Positions 1 to 12,254 of a stretch of 64,000 nt of DNA are shown here, one piece after another (within the stretch, counting starts at the first letter, position 1; each line of letters begins with the position of its first letter). The notes under the pieces were generated by a model. It was given only the letters and a program-made list of their open reading frames with translations. It was not told the DNA's origin and did no database searches. Source of the stretch: Octopus sinensis (taxonomy: Eukaryota); the NCBI RefSeq assembly GCF_006345805.1, contig NC_043014.1, positions 31,992,001 to 32,056,000 on the forward strand, read 5' to 3'. Both the position numbers and the translations under genes were made by a program.

Positions 1-238
1 TCATCTCTGGTTGGGTATTCACTGTTTGAGTTAAAGAGGCAAAACTCCTTAGCTGTTATTGGTTCTCTCAGACTAGTGAGACTAATCTTGATGATGTTTG
101 GCTTGAAAATCTGAAGGTTGATTACTATATGTATGGAAAGCGTGGCCAGAATTGATACTCCAAGAAGCTAAGGATAAGAGTTTTGATAAAAATCTGTACA
201 GTTTCTTGCAAAAATTATATATATATATAAATATGAAT

Positions 239-279
<41 letters not shown>

Positions 280-324
280 ATTAAATAAATGGAGTTGAAT
301 GCAGATGCTATTCAAATTCTTTTA

Positions 325-407
325 CTTTCGACATATGTTTCGAAGACAACATTGGTTTTATTCCAAAGGAATAAACGGTGTAAAATGCAATCTTCTCATC
401 AAGAAAG
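325..407 (-). ncRNA. Type I hammerhead ribozyme motif (family H1), Penelope-like element end
   Basis: Minus strand: CTTTC-TTGATGA-GAAGA..(long loop)..TCTTC-GAAA-CATATG-TC-GAAAG. Stem I is 5 bp, stem II is closed by G-C, stem III is palindromic, the triplet is GUC, and the core is a C3U variant. Confidence 0.75.
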
Positions 408-622
408 AAAGAGAACCTATCTCAACAACAAGACATTATAACAATTTATTTATTTACTTATACTACACAAATTACTGCATATTAACCCGGAGTTTCTACC
501 TTTGAATAGGTCGCTACATCCTTGTTACTTGCATGAATTTTGCTACCTTGGTAACAGTTTATTGAATTTTCCATGTTAATGGTAAACAAAGGATAATTCA
601 TATTCATTTTGCTTTATATTAG

Positions 623-678
623 CTATGATAACCAAGTTCAGTCAAAACAGTGTTGTCTTCTGTGACCTGCTGATACAG
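623..678 (+). CDS. Weak candidate exon (MITKFSQNSVVFCDLLIQ)
   Basis: ttttgctttatattag| ... CAG|gtaaca; one open frame; no homology recognised. Confidence 0.2.
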
Positions 679-769
679 GTAACATCCATATATATTAATA
701 ATAAGGAAATATGTCTACCAAAAACATAATCATCTCCAAGAAAAAATATATTTCTTTTAATATATAAAA

Positions 770-991
770 TGCATAGCAGGAGACATTTGCCCCAGGTTCA
801 GTCCTTCTGCATGGTACCTAAGCAAGTGTCTTTTACTTTGAGCTGTTAAAAGTTTTGAGAGGTGATTTGTCAGACAGAAACTGGAAGAAGTCTGTTGTGT
901 ATATTTCATGACACTGTAAGCATGACAGATTTTTGTTTACAACTATCACACAATGCCAAGGGAGGGAAGCACCAACATATGTATGTATGTG

Positions 992-1033
<42 letters not shown>

Positions 1034-1112
1034 TACACATATGGTGTGTTTACGTCCCCGTAACTTAATGGTTCGGCAAAAGAGGCCGATAGAATAAGTA
1101 CTAGGCTTACAA
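770..1112 (+). mobile_element. tRNA-headed SINE family A, degraded copy
   Basis: Shares ggttcagtcc head and gtccccgtaactt..cggcaaaagag..gatagaataagtactaggcttacaa body with copies at 7415 and 17991. Confidence 0.7.
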
Positions 1113-1114
1113 TA

Positions 1115-1124
1115 TACATATATG

Positions 1125-1155
<31 letters not shown>

Positions 1156-1267
1156 GCACGCCACAATTTTTCACCCTCATTTTGACTATATATATATATA
1201 TATATATTTATAATACAAATGCGAAAATGTATATATATATATTTATGTATATATGTATGTATATGTC

Positions 1268-1314
<47 letters not shown>

Positions 1315-1383
1315 GTATATATATTATATATATTATATATATATAACTTATATATATATATATTATATATATATATAATATAT

Positions 1384-1421
<38 letters not shown>

Positions 1422-1541
1422 GATATATATATATATACAGATATATATATATATATATACATATATATACACATACATATATATATATATATACATACTT
1501 ATATATACACATACATATATATATTATATATATATATATAT

Positions 1542-1570
<29 letters not shown>
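1115..1570. repeat. (TA)n-dominated microsatellite block
   Basis: Direct inspection. Confidence 0.95.
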
Positions 1571-1572
<2 letters not shown>

Positions 1573-1939
1573 TACTTTTATCAGAAAGCCACAGAAAAGA
1601 ATACTGTTTGAACTATATTTGTTTATATAGTCTTGTGCAGTTCAAACAGCAATCCAGCACACCACCACTACCACTACCAACACCATCACCAACACCACTT
1701 CTACTCTCATCCCCCTCACTAAAACCACAATAAGAATCACAATAAAAATTTAAATTATCAACTCACAAAAGAAAGTAGAAAAAAGAATTGGATGTTAATA
1801 ATGATATTTTAGAACTAAGTCTAAAATAATTAGATTTAATATTTGCTATTTAAAAATGATTTGATATGAAATCTTAATTTTAATCATGTTCATATCAAAA
1901 CAAAATATAAAAATAATTAAAATAAATATCAGAATATGA

Positions 1940-2004
1940 ATAATGACAAAAAATCTGAAAATAAAACAATAACAACAACAGCAACAATGATAATAATATT
2001 AGTT

Positions 2005-2035
<31 letters not shown>

Positions 2036-2057
2036 TAATAATAATAATGATAATAAT

Positions 2058-2093
<36 letters not shown>

Positions 2094-2160
2094 AATAATA
2101 ATAATAATAATAATAATAGTCAAAATAATAACAAAAAATATCAACATAAAGTATTAATAA
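1940..2160. repeat. (AAT)n/(AAC)n microsatellite
   Basis: Direct inspection. Confidence 0.9.
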
Positions 2161-2907
2161 AAAATATAAAGATGTAATATAAATAATAATATAGAAATAT
2201 GAAATATATTTTTTTTATTGCTTTAGTCAGGAAGAAAGGGTTGTGTCTATAGTCTTTACAAAAATAACAAAAAAGTATTAAAACAAAATATAAAAAAGAA
2301 AATATCTAAATATCAAATTTATAAAAAATCAACAAAAAAATTATAATAAATATGATATAATAAATAAAATAATGAAACAATACCCAAAATATATCATAAA
2401 AATAAACAAGAAATTAAAAGAGTTTATAAAAATACTGAAAAATACTATAAATAATAAATGAGAAGGAATAAAAAAAATAACAGATTATTTCTATAGGAGA
2501 TAGTGTGGGATATAAAAATAAAATATACTCTTTGCATAAATTTGCATATAATTATAGTGATTAAAATAATATTGACTAATGTATTTACTTTTAGATCCAA
2601 AATACAGCTATTTTATTATATTCTAGGTCATTATTGATGTTGTTGCTGCTGTGGTTAGTTATTGTTCTTATTGTTAATCTTTCAAGTCACTGTGACTGCT
2701 TGTGTTGTTGCAGTTGTTGTTGTCGTTGTTGTTGTTGTTCATGCTACTATGCTTCTTGTTATTCTTGTAGCTATTGTACACACCACTACGATTGATGTTG
2801 TTGTTATTGTTGTAGTTATTGTAAACATCAGAGCAATTTATTCTTTTTTCTTTTGATGTTGCTGTGTTATATTAATTGTTGCCATTATTGTTGATGGTGA
2901 AGGGGGG

Positions 2908-3212
2908 GGGGCATGGCTTAGTGGTTCGGGTGTTTGGCTCATGATCGTAAGGTCAGGAGGTCAATTCCCGGCAGCCCGGTGTGTCCTTGAGCAAGATACT
3001 TTATTTGACATTACTCCAATCCACCCAGCAGACATGTAATTCAAAGGGGCTGGCCATGTCATATTCTGTGTCATGCTGAATCTCCCAGAGAACTACGTGA
3101 AGAGTACATGTGTCTGTGGAGCACTCAGCCACTTGCACTTTGATTTCATGAACAGGCTGTTCCATTGATCAGATTAACTGGAACCATCATCACTGTAAGT
3201 GATGGAGGGCCA
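2908..3212 (+). mobile_element. tRNA-headed SINE family C
   Basis: ggcatggcttagtggtt (A box) ... ggtcaattccc (B box); body shared with 13845 and the reverse of 29312. Confidence 0.8.
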
Positions 3213-3221
3213 GTGCCAAGC

Positions 3222-3725
3222 AAGCTGGCAGAATCATTAGCATGCTGGACGAAATGCTTTGTGGCATTTCTTCTTGGCTTTGCATTCTGAGTTCAAATTC
3301 TCCTGAGGTTGATGTTACCTTTTATCTTTTTGGGGTCAATAAAATAAGTATCAGTTGAGCACTGGGGTCAATGTAATCAACTTACTCCCTCCCTCAGAAT
3401 TACTGGCCTTGTGCCAATATTTGAAATCATTCTTGATTCCATTGTGAAGATGGAAAGCTAGCAGAATCATTGCATGCTGGGCAAAATGCTTAGTGGCATT
3501 TTGTCTGTCTTCATGTTCTGAGTTCAAATTCTGCTGAGGTGAACTTTGTCTTTTATCTTTTTGGGGGATCAATGAAATAAATGCCAGTTGAGTACTGGGG
3601 TTAATGTAATCGACTTAACCACTCTACAGGAATTACTAGCCTTGTGCTAAAATCTGGAATCATTGTTGATGCCATTGTGAGGAAGGAAAGCTAGTGGAAT
3701 CATTAACATGTCAGACAAAATGGCT
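3222..3725 (+). mobile_element. SINE family B, about 2.3 tandem copies
   Basis: gctggcagaatcattagc..gttcaaattc..gaggt..ggggtcaatgtaatc repeated at about 3222 and 3455, plus a head remnant at about 3688. Confidence 0.8.
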
Positions 3726-3839
3726 AGTAACACTTCTTTGAACCCTGATAGATTTAGACAAACACATTGCTATTTTTAATTCTTTCCTTTTCATGGGTGA
3801 GATCTTTCAGCTATTCATTAGGTTGGCCATGGGCACAAA

Positions 3840-4070
3840 AGTGGGATCCAAGTATGCTAATGTATCTCTTGGTTAAGTTGATTCCCAAATATTTTCCCAG
3901 TTCTCTGGTCCTACCCAAGTGTTTAGGCCCCAATTATGTTAATCTGTCGATTATGATGAGTCCCAAATGTCTTCCCGGTTCATTAGTGTTAACCCTAAAG
4001 CTAAGGTCCTAATTATATCAATCTATCTCTTCATTATGTCAAGTCCCGAATATTTTACCAGTTCACTGAG
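3840..4070. repeat. Degenerate ~80-bp tandem repeat x3
   Basis: Recurring ..ccaattatgttaatct..gtcccaaatattttcccagttc.. motif. Confidence 0.55.
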
Positions 4071-4599
4071 AAAATATATAGAGCTACAAAGAAAATATAC
4101 AGAGCTACAGGGCCACTAGATTGATGATTGTATCAATTCCACCTCTCCTTCTCTTTGTCTCTGTACTATAAAGCACTAAACTTCATCTTCTTCATTAACT
4201 CCCTTATTCTACCTCTCCATCTCTGATATCTCCCTCAATTTCCTTGACATTTCTATCTCTATTGACCAACTCACTCTTACCATCTCTGTTTCCTTTAAAC
4301 CCAATGATCCCCACTTATACCTTGATTGTACTTCTTTCTACTCTGCTCACACCAAGCACACCATCCCTTTCTCCCAGTAGCTCTATCTCCATCATTTCTC
4401 TAGCTGCAATCATGACTCTGAGACTCACGCTTAGCGTAAGGAATATGGACTCTTATATAGCTTACCATAAACTGATTCTGATTTCATAGAATATGTGTTC
4501 TAAGAAGATTTGCTTGTGGTGTTGAAGTGTTGTTCTGATACAGAGTTACTTCATATTACTATAGAAGTGTATCTGTGTGTTTTAACGTATGTGTTTGCA

Positions 4600-4742
4600 T
4601 TGAAGTGCATATATATATATATAATATACATGTATATATGTATATGTATATATATATGTATGTATATACATATACATATATACATATATATATGATATAA
4701 TATACATGTATATATGTATATGTATATATATATGTATGTATA

Positions 4743-4773
<31 letters not shown>

Positions 4774-5040
4774 ATATATATTATATATATATATATATAA
4801 TATATATATATAATATACATGTATATATGTATATGTATATATATATGTATGTATATACATATACATATATGTATATGCACACACACATACACACATATAT
4901 ATATGTATATGAGTAAATATGCACGTGTGTGTGTGTGTACACATATAAACATATTTGGATGTGTGAGCATTTGTGTAAGTGCACGTATGTGTACATGTGT
5001 GTAAGTATATATGCACTTACACACACGTCTACACATATTT
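4600..5040. repeat. (TA)n/(TATG)n/(CA)n compound microsatellite
   Basis: Direct inspection. Confidence 0.9.
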
Positions 5041-5687
5041 ACATGATATTTCTGACAGTCCGTCATGTATACATTGGCAAGAAGCCAGAGAAGAATCATC
5101 GGAAATTCTTTCTTTCCAAAACTGGGCGAAAAGTCCAAAATTCTTCGTAAGCATCGAACCTGTTTCCTAAACCTACCATTGGAAACTGTTCTTAGTTGTG
5201 ACCACCACCACCACCACCACCACCACCACCACCACCACCACTACTACTACTACTACTACTCCAGCACCATTGATTCCATCATTACCATAAACAAAATATA
5301 AAAAATAAAATACTGACTAATCACAAATATCTTCATATATAAGTGCCTTTGTATTGATTAGAAATTAGTATATAAATATCTCTTAGTCCATGTACATACA
5401 TAAATATATGTATATATATATAAATATATATAAATATATATATATACATACAAATTATTACATTATATAAAAGGGCTTAGTAAAATAAATTACTTTGCCG
5501 CATACTGAACTCATTAGAAATAGCAGCTAAAAAAACTTTTTTAAAACTATTTCTAATACTTAAAGAAAACCTCTCTCATTTTTGGGTTTGTTGGCACTGT
5601 TAGTTACGAGCAGATCTTCGGAAGCGAGAGGAAGACGAAAGGGTATGCTCCCACTTTCAGTGTTTTCAAATCCAAACCAGGGAGTTC

Positions 5688-5739
5688 TGAGCTGATGATA
5701 GAAATGTCGTGTTGACTAATCTTGAAACGTACGTTCTCA
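5688..5739 (+). ncRNA. Type I HHR motif (family H2), copy 1
   Basis: TGAG-CTGATGA-TAGA..TCTT-GAAA-CGTACG-TT-CTCA; palindromic stem III ACGTACGT; GUU triplet; U.U mismatch at the base of stem II. Confidence 0.75.
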
Positions 5740-6247
5740 AATAACCTTTGCACTTATTTTTAATGTCTCTACCCCCATATTTGCGTGAGTTGAATTGAGC
5801 AAGCACTTTATGAGAGAGGTTTTCTTTAAGTATTAGAAATAGTTTTAAAAAAGTTTTTTTTTAGCTGCTATTTCTAATGAGTTCAGTATGCGGCAAAGTA
5901 ATTTATTTTACTAAGCCTTTTATATAATGTAATAATTTGAATTCGCCTTAAATGGTCCCTTTGCATACTGAATACTTGGTGTGAAATTGATTAATTAATT
6001 AATTTTACCCTCAATTGTTGAAATTATAATTCATCTCTCTCTATATAATGCCGCGGACTTTACCGAAAAAAGCATAGTGTTTACTGATTTTAACCCACGC
6101 TGGTGGAAAGGGGAGAGCAGAAATTCTTCGCTTGCATTTTGGGTTGTTGGCACTGTTAGTTACGAGCAGATCTTCGGAAGCGAGAGGAGACGAAAAGAAA
6201 GGGTATGCTCCCACTTTCAGTGTTTTCAAATCCAAACCAGGGAGTTC

Positions 6248-6298
6248 TGAGCTGATGATAGAAATGGCGTGTTGACTAATCTTGAACGTACGTTCTCA
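6248..6298 (+). ncRNA. Type I HHR motif (family H2), copy 2, GAAA shortened to GAA
   Basis: Same as 5688-5739 with a one-A deletion (real or sequencing error). Confidence 0.6.
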
Positions 6299-6646
6299 AA
6301 TAACCTTTGCACTTGATTTTTTAATGTCTCTACCCCCATATTGCGTTGAGTTGAATGAATTGAGCAAGCACTATATGAGAGAGGTTTTCTTTAAGTATTA
6401 GAAATAGTTTTAAAAAAGTTTTTTTAGCTGCTATTTCTAATGAGTTCAGTATGCGGCAAAGTAATTTATTTTACTAAGCCCTTTTATATAATGTAATATT
6501 TGAATTCACCTTAAATGGTCCCTTTGCATACTGAATACTTGGTGAAATTGATTAATTAATTAATTTTACCCTCAATTGTTGAAATTATATATACATACAT
6601 ATATATATATATATACATACATATATATATATATAGATAGATAGAC

Positions 6647-6678
<32 letters not shown>

Positions 6679-6711
6679 GATAGATAATATGTGACAATTA
6701 GTTGGCTGTTA

Positions 6712-6774
6712 TAATAAAACTCAGAGTTTCGGATACCAGGGCTGAAGTCTGCTCCGGCATGTTGTCAGTTATTA
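6712..6774 (-). ncRNA. Degenerate type I HHR motif (family H3)
   Basis: Minus strand: TAATAA-CTGACAA-C-ATGCCGG..CTGGTAT-CC-GAAA-CTCTGAG-TT-TTATTA; G8 is mutated. Confidence 0.65.
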
Positions 6775-7010
6775 AGACAAAATGCTATGCCAATGAGATC
6801 GCATATGCCTGCTCCATCATATGATCTCATGCTCACATCTGTATTGGTTGTCTTAACCCTCTCTGCTTTCTCACCAAAGAGTAAATTCTTTCTAGCATGG
6901 AATATTATTTCCTTATCTTGTGTACTAATTTCTATAAATTCGCTAGCGATGGTGAGGGCTTTATCGAGCAGTTCCTTAGAGATGGAAGCATAGAAATCTA
7001 CTATATTTCC
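6775..7010 (-). pseudogene. Penelope-like retroelement reverse transcriptase fragment
   Basis: Hand translation NIVDFYASISKELLDKALTIASEFIEISTQDKEIIFHARKNLLF...DVSMRSYDGAGICDLIG matches PLE RT motifs (DIxxFYPSI; MGSxDGAEICELVG). Confidence 0.8.
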
Positions 7011-7194
7011 GATGAGATAGCGTTTTGTTTTAATAACTGTTATGGGGACGTAAGCTCACCAAATACCAGTTGTCAAGTGGTGGTGGAGGACAAACTCACA
7101 CATACATAAATACACACACACGTATACATACATGCACTCACACACACACACACACACATATATATGTATATATATATGTGTGTGTGACCGCCAT

Positions 7195-7405
7195 GTTAAA
7201 TCGTTAGCTCCTGCATGCATTTTTTTTTTTTTCTCTCCTTGTTTCTCTCCGTGTTTCTTTTCTGTGTATCTTTCTGTTGAAGAGCGTAGGCTTGAAAGGT
7301 AAAAGACTTGTTTTATTTCTATTCCTGAGCGCCATACTAATACAATTGTTTGTTTGTACTCCACCTGCCTTTGTCCTTTGTTTATTTTCGTAAGCTTCCC
7401 GTTAT
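7195..7405 (+). mobile_element. Short PLE-end family H4 element with HHR-like motif at 7269-7306
   Basis: TCTTT-CTGTTGA-A-GAGC-GTAG-GCTT-GAAA-GG-TA-AAAGA; reverse-oriented relatives at 26260-26445 and 51125-51300. Confidence 0.7.
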
Positions 7406-7414
7406 GTATATATA

Positions 7415-7823
7415 TACTCTTTACTCTTTACTCTTTTACTTGTTTCAGTCATTTGACTGCGGCCATGCTGGAGCACCGCCTTTAGTCGAGCAAATCGACC
7501 CCGGGACTTATTCTTTGTAAGCCCAGTACTTATTCTATTGGTCTGTTTTGCTGAACCGCTAAGTAATGAGGATGTAAACACACCAGCATCGGTTGTCAAG
7601 CAATGCTAGGGGGGACAAACACAGACACACAAACATATACACACACATATATATATATACGACAGGCTTCTTTCAGTTTCTGTCTACCAAATCCACTCAC
7701 AAGGCATTGGTCGGCCCGGGGCTATAGCAGAAGACACTTGCCCAAGATGCCACGCAGTGGGACTGAACCTGGAACCATGTGGTTGGTTACCAAGCTACTT
7801 ACCACACAGCCACTCCTGCGCCT
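7415..7823 (-). mobile_element. SINE family A, full-length
   Basis: Minus-strand head aggcgcaggagtggctgtgtggtaagtagc..ggttcagtcccactgcgtggc; tail (aaagagta)n. Confidence 0.9.
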
Positions 7824-7844
7824 ATATATGTATATATTTATGTG

Positions 7845-8045
7845 TGTGTCTTAGTGTCTGCGTTTGTCCCACCGCTATCACTTGACAACCAATGCTGGTG
7901 TGTTTATGTCCCTGTAACTTTGCAGTTCGATCAAAGAGACTGATACAATAAGTACTTGGCTTACAAAAGAATAAGTCTTGGGGTGCTCCAGTATGGCTGC
8001 AGTCAAACGACCAAAGCAAGCAAAAGGTTAAAAGATAGAATATAA
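7845..8045 (+). mobile_element. SINE family A, 3' half
   Basis: Reverse complement of 7420-7630. Confidence 0.8.
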
Positions 8046-8559
8046 AAGATATACATAAGAGCATGACTCTGAATGCTGTTTTTAAAACCTACTCCATTCT
8101 CTAGTGCCATTACAGTTATGGATGTCTGCCTGTTGACATTGTGCCATTATATAACTTACTTACATTTTAATAAGTAGCTTTTAGCAAACTTTCATCATCT
8201 TGAAAGGAAACAGTTAAGAGACACCAGATGAGCTGCACTCTCACTCTCCATGTTACATGTTTCTATTCATCTTTCCTTCTCTCGTTTTATCTCTGTCTTT
8301 ATGTTAGTTCTTTCTATTGCCTACTTTATTCTCTCTCTCTCTCTCTTTCTCAGTGTTTAACTCTTTCTGTGTCTCTCCCTGTTTCTGACTCAAATTTTAT
8401 CCATCATTTTTAACTCTGGCTTTTGCTATCACTTTTTTAATTACCCTTTCATATTTCTTCTCCATACATTCTTCTCTCTATTTGGTTTTATCTTTCACAC
8501 ACTTTCTCTCTCTCACTCCCTCTTTCAGTACCTCTGTCTCTCAATGTTTACCTACCAAC

Positions 8560-9200
<641 letters not shown>

Positions 9201-9373
9201 GGGTTCCAGTGTTGACCATTCTCCCACTTTCTATATATTTTAGGCTACATTATCTAGTCCATATATATGGTACTCTATAATTTGAGGAAATCTAGTTGCT
9301 GTTTCTAGCAGTAATGTTAGGTACTGTAGTGATACTCACTGTAGTAGTTGCACCACCAGTATAATCCAACATA

Positions 9374-9811
9374 TACTCTTTTACTCTTTTACTTGTTTCA
9401 GCCATTTGACTGCGGCCATGCTGGAGCACTGCCTTTAGTCGAGCAAATTGACCCCAGGACTTATTCTTTGTATGCCTAGTACTTATTCTATCGGTCACTT
9501 TTACCGAACTGCTAAGCTATGGGGATGTAAATACACTAGCATCGGTTGTCAAGCGATGGTAGGGGGACAAACACAAACATAAACATATATACAGACACAC
9601 AAACATGTACACATACATACATATATATATATACATATACATATATATGATGGGCTTCTTTCAGTTTCCATCCATCAAATCCACTCACGAGGCTTTGGTC
9701 GGCCCAAGGCTATAGTAGAAGACACTTGCCCAAAGTACCATGCAGTGGGACTGAACCCAGAACCATGTGGTTGGTAAGCAAGCTACTTACCATACAGTCA
9801 CTCCTGCACCT
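9374..9811 (-). mobile_element. SINE family A, full-length
   Basis: Colinear with 7415-7823. Confidence 0.9.
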
Positions 9812-9879
9812 CTATGTAAAAGAAACTACACAAATATGCCAGATTCTTTGTAAAATTTCAAAATATATTTTGAAAACTA

Positions 9880-10830
9880 ATCTGGACTCTAAAGGAATAG
9901 TTGAAGATAGTCTCTGTCATTGACAACATTTTATCTGAGGAAAAGGATGGCAATGGTGGTTTCTATGACTTTGACAGCAATGAATTTGAGAAAAATGGTA
10001 GGGATGAATTGTGTCATTAGTAAAAATTATATCTGAGAATATTTTATCTGCTGATGATAACTGTTCACATCATTGACAACAATTACTATGAAGAAACTGC
10101 TGTTTAAGGACTGTGTCATTGACATTAATTAATCTAAAGAAACTGATGATGACAGTCTGTGTCAAATGACAACAAATTAATTTGAAGAAACTGATGATGG
10201 TAGTCAGTCCTTGACAACAATTAAACTGATGTTGACGGTCAGTGTCATTAGCTTCAAATTAATTTGAGGAAACTGGTGATGATAGATGTATCATTGACAG
10301 CAATTAATCTGAGTATGTTGGTGATGACAGTCTATGTCATTTATCTGAAGAAGCTAGTTCATGTCATCGGTAACAATTAATCTATAGAAACTGATGACAA
10401 CATTCTACATCATTGGGAACAATTAATATATAGGAAGCTGGTGATGACTGTTCCTGTTATCAGCAACAACAAGTCTGAGAATCTGGTGATGACAATTTGT
10501 ATCACCAACAGCAAAATAATCTGAGAAAACTAGTGATGGTAGTCTGTGTCCTTGACAACAATTATTAAATAATAGACTCATGATGACAGCTTATGTCATT
10601 AGCAACAAGTTATTGGAGGAAAGTGATGATAATGGTCTATGTGGTCAGCAACGATAATTTTGAAGAAACTGATGATGGTCTGTGCTATCAGCAACAGTTA
10701 ATTGGAGGAATTTAGTGATGGCAGCCTGTGTGATGGACAGCGAATAATAAATATTAATCTGTTGACGGTGGTTTGTGTCATTGACAACGTTTTATTTGAG
10801 GAAAATGATGATGATGGTCTGCATCGTAAA
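9880..10830. repeat. Degenerate ~46-bp minisatellite, about 20 units
   Basis: Consensus approximately GAAACTGATGATGACAGTCTGTGTCATTGACAACAATTAATCTGAG. Confidence 0.85.
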
Positions 10831-11123
10831 TGATTACTAATGTATTTACAGAGTAAGTTGGAAATTTGGTTTGTTGCAAAGAGTGAAAGAATTTGACATT
10901 TTTGAATAATATGACCTTCTCTGAAGAGAGGGAGAAGGGGCAAAAAGGAGGGAGAGGAAGAAAGGGAGACTAAGAAAAAGGGGAAAGAGAGAAAGAGTGA
11001 GAGAAGGTGTAAGAGAATATAAAAGTTGCATACAACCAAAAGAACAATACCTCTGCATATTCTTCTTTCTCTCAAAATTGCCAAAATGTTACATTTTTTT
11101 AGTCAACTACTTGAATTCTTATA

Positions 11124-12250
11124 TTAGGTTGGAACAAAAATTCTTTTGGCTGTTTTAAGGCTCCAATTTTACCTAGCTTGACATGTCATCTCAAGCACAT
11201 AACGCAATAAAAAAAACCCACCTATCTCATGTATTTATTCATTAATATAGTCACCATTCTTCTCTATGACCTTTTTCCATCTGTCAATGACCTTTTTAAT
11301 GCCACATTCATAAAATTCCTTCAGCTCAGAAGTGTAAAAGAAAATTAACTCATTTTAGACTTCTGCTCTTGAAGCCAGTTTGATCCACTCAAATGATTTT
11401 GTAGTAAAGAGATGGTAATCTGTAGGTGCATGTTCTGGAGAATATGGTGGATGATGCATAATATTCTAGGCATATTTTTCTAGATCTTTGGTCGCTTGTG
11501 CAATGTGAGGTCTAGTGTTAATCATAATGAAGGATGGCTCCTTTTTTTGCTTGTTAACGACGGACATTTTTGGAGCAAAGCTGCTTTTAAACTTGTTAGT
11601 TGTTGGCTGTATACATTAACTGTTATTGTCTGATTATTGTCTAGCAGCTTATGGTGAATTACTAAATGCATATCCCAGCATACACTCAGAAGAATCTTCC
11701 TTGGATTCCAGCTACTTCTGGGCTGCTGAGCTGGCTCTTCACCATGACTGAGCCACAGATGTCTTCACTTAACATTATGGTAGTGTATCCATTTTTCATC
11801 TCCTTTATTGACACTATTCAAAAAAGATATTTGTGGCTCACAAAATTGCAATGATGTGCAGCAGTCAACATGTTTGTGATTGTTTGCAGAGAGATCATGC
11901 AGGACCCATTTTCCAACCTTTGAGACTTTACCAAACCCTTTCAATTCACAATGAATGGGGTTTTTGTTCACATTGAAACCCATGGTTAGTTTCTGAGCTG
12001 TAACAGACATGTTTGCTTCAATAGTGGATCTGGATCTAACCCTCTTGGATGCTCTTTCTTGATTCATCCTGCAGGTTATAGTTACCATTTCTGAATTGTG
12101 AAGACCATCTTCTGCATGTTCTTCCAGTCACTATGCCATCTCCAAAAATGTTTCAGGGTGATTTTGCTGTTGCACTTGCACTGTCCCCTTTTTGAAATTC
12201 CCAAAGAATAACATGATGAATATATTCTTTGCTTGCAGTGAACATGGGGC
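11124..12250 (-). pseudogene. Mariner (DD34D) transposase, near full-length, decayed
   Basis: KEYIHHVILWEFQKG..TCRRW (N-terminal HTH), WVLHDL (WVPHEL), GDEKWIHYHN, HPPYSPEHAPTDYHLF; TA|TTAGGTTGGAACAAAA terminus at 11124. Confidence 0.85.
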
Positions 12251-12254
12251 CAAT

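Larger units (their letters stand above)
5451..6590 (+). mobile_element. Penelope-like non-autonomous element in partial-tandem plus inverted arrangement
   Basis: 5580-6029 is repeated at about 6137-6588, 5451-5579 is the reverse complement of 5810-5939, and each tandem unit carries an HHR motif. Confidence 0.75.

Noticed and set aside
9880-10830. CRISPR-like or HHR-array reading of the 46-bp repeat
   Set aside because: There are no unique spacers, the units are diverged, the context is eukaryotic, and GAAA is not adjacent to the hairpin.
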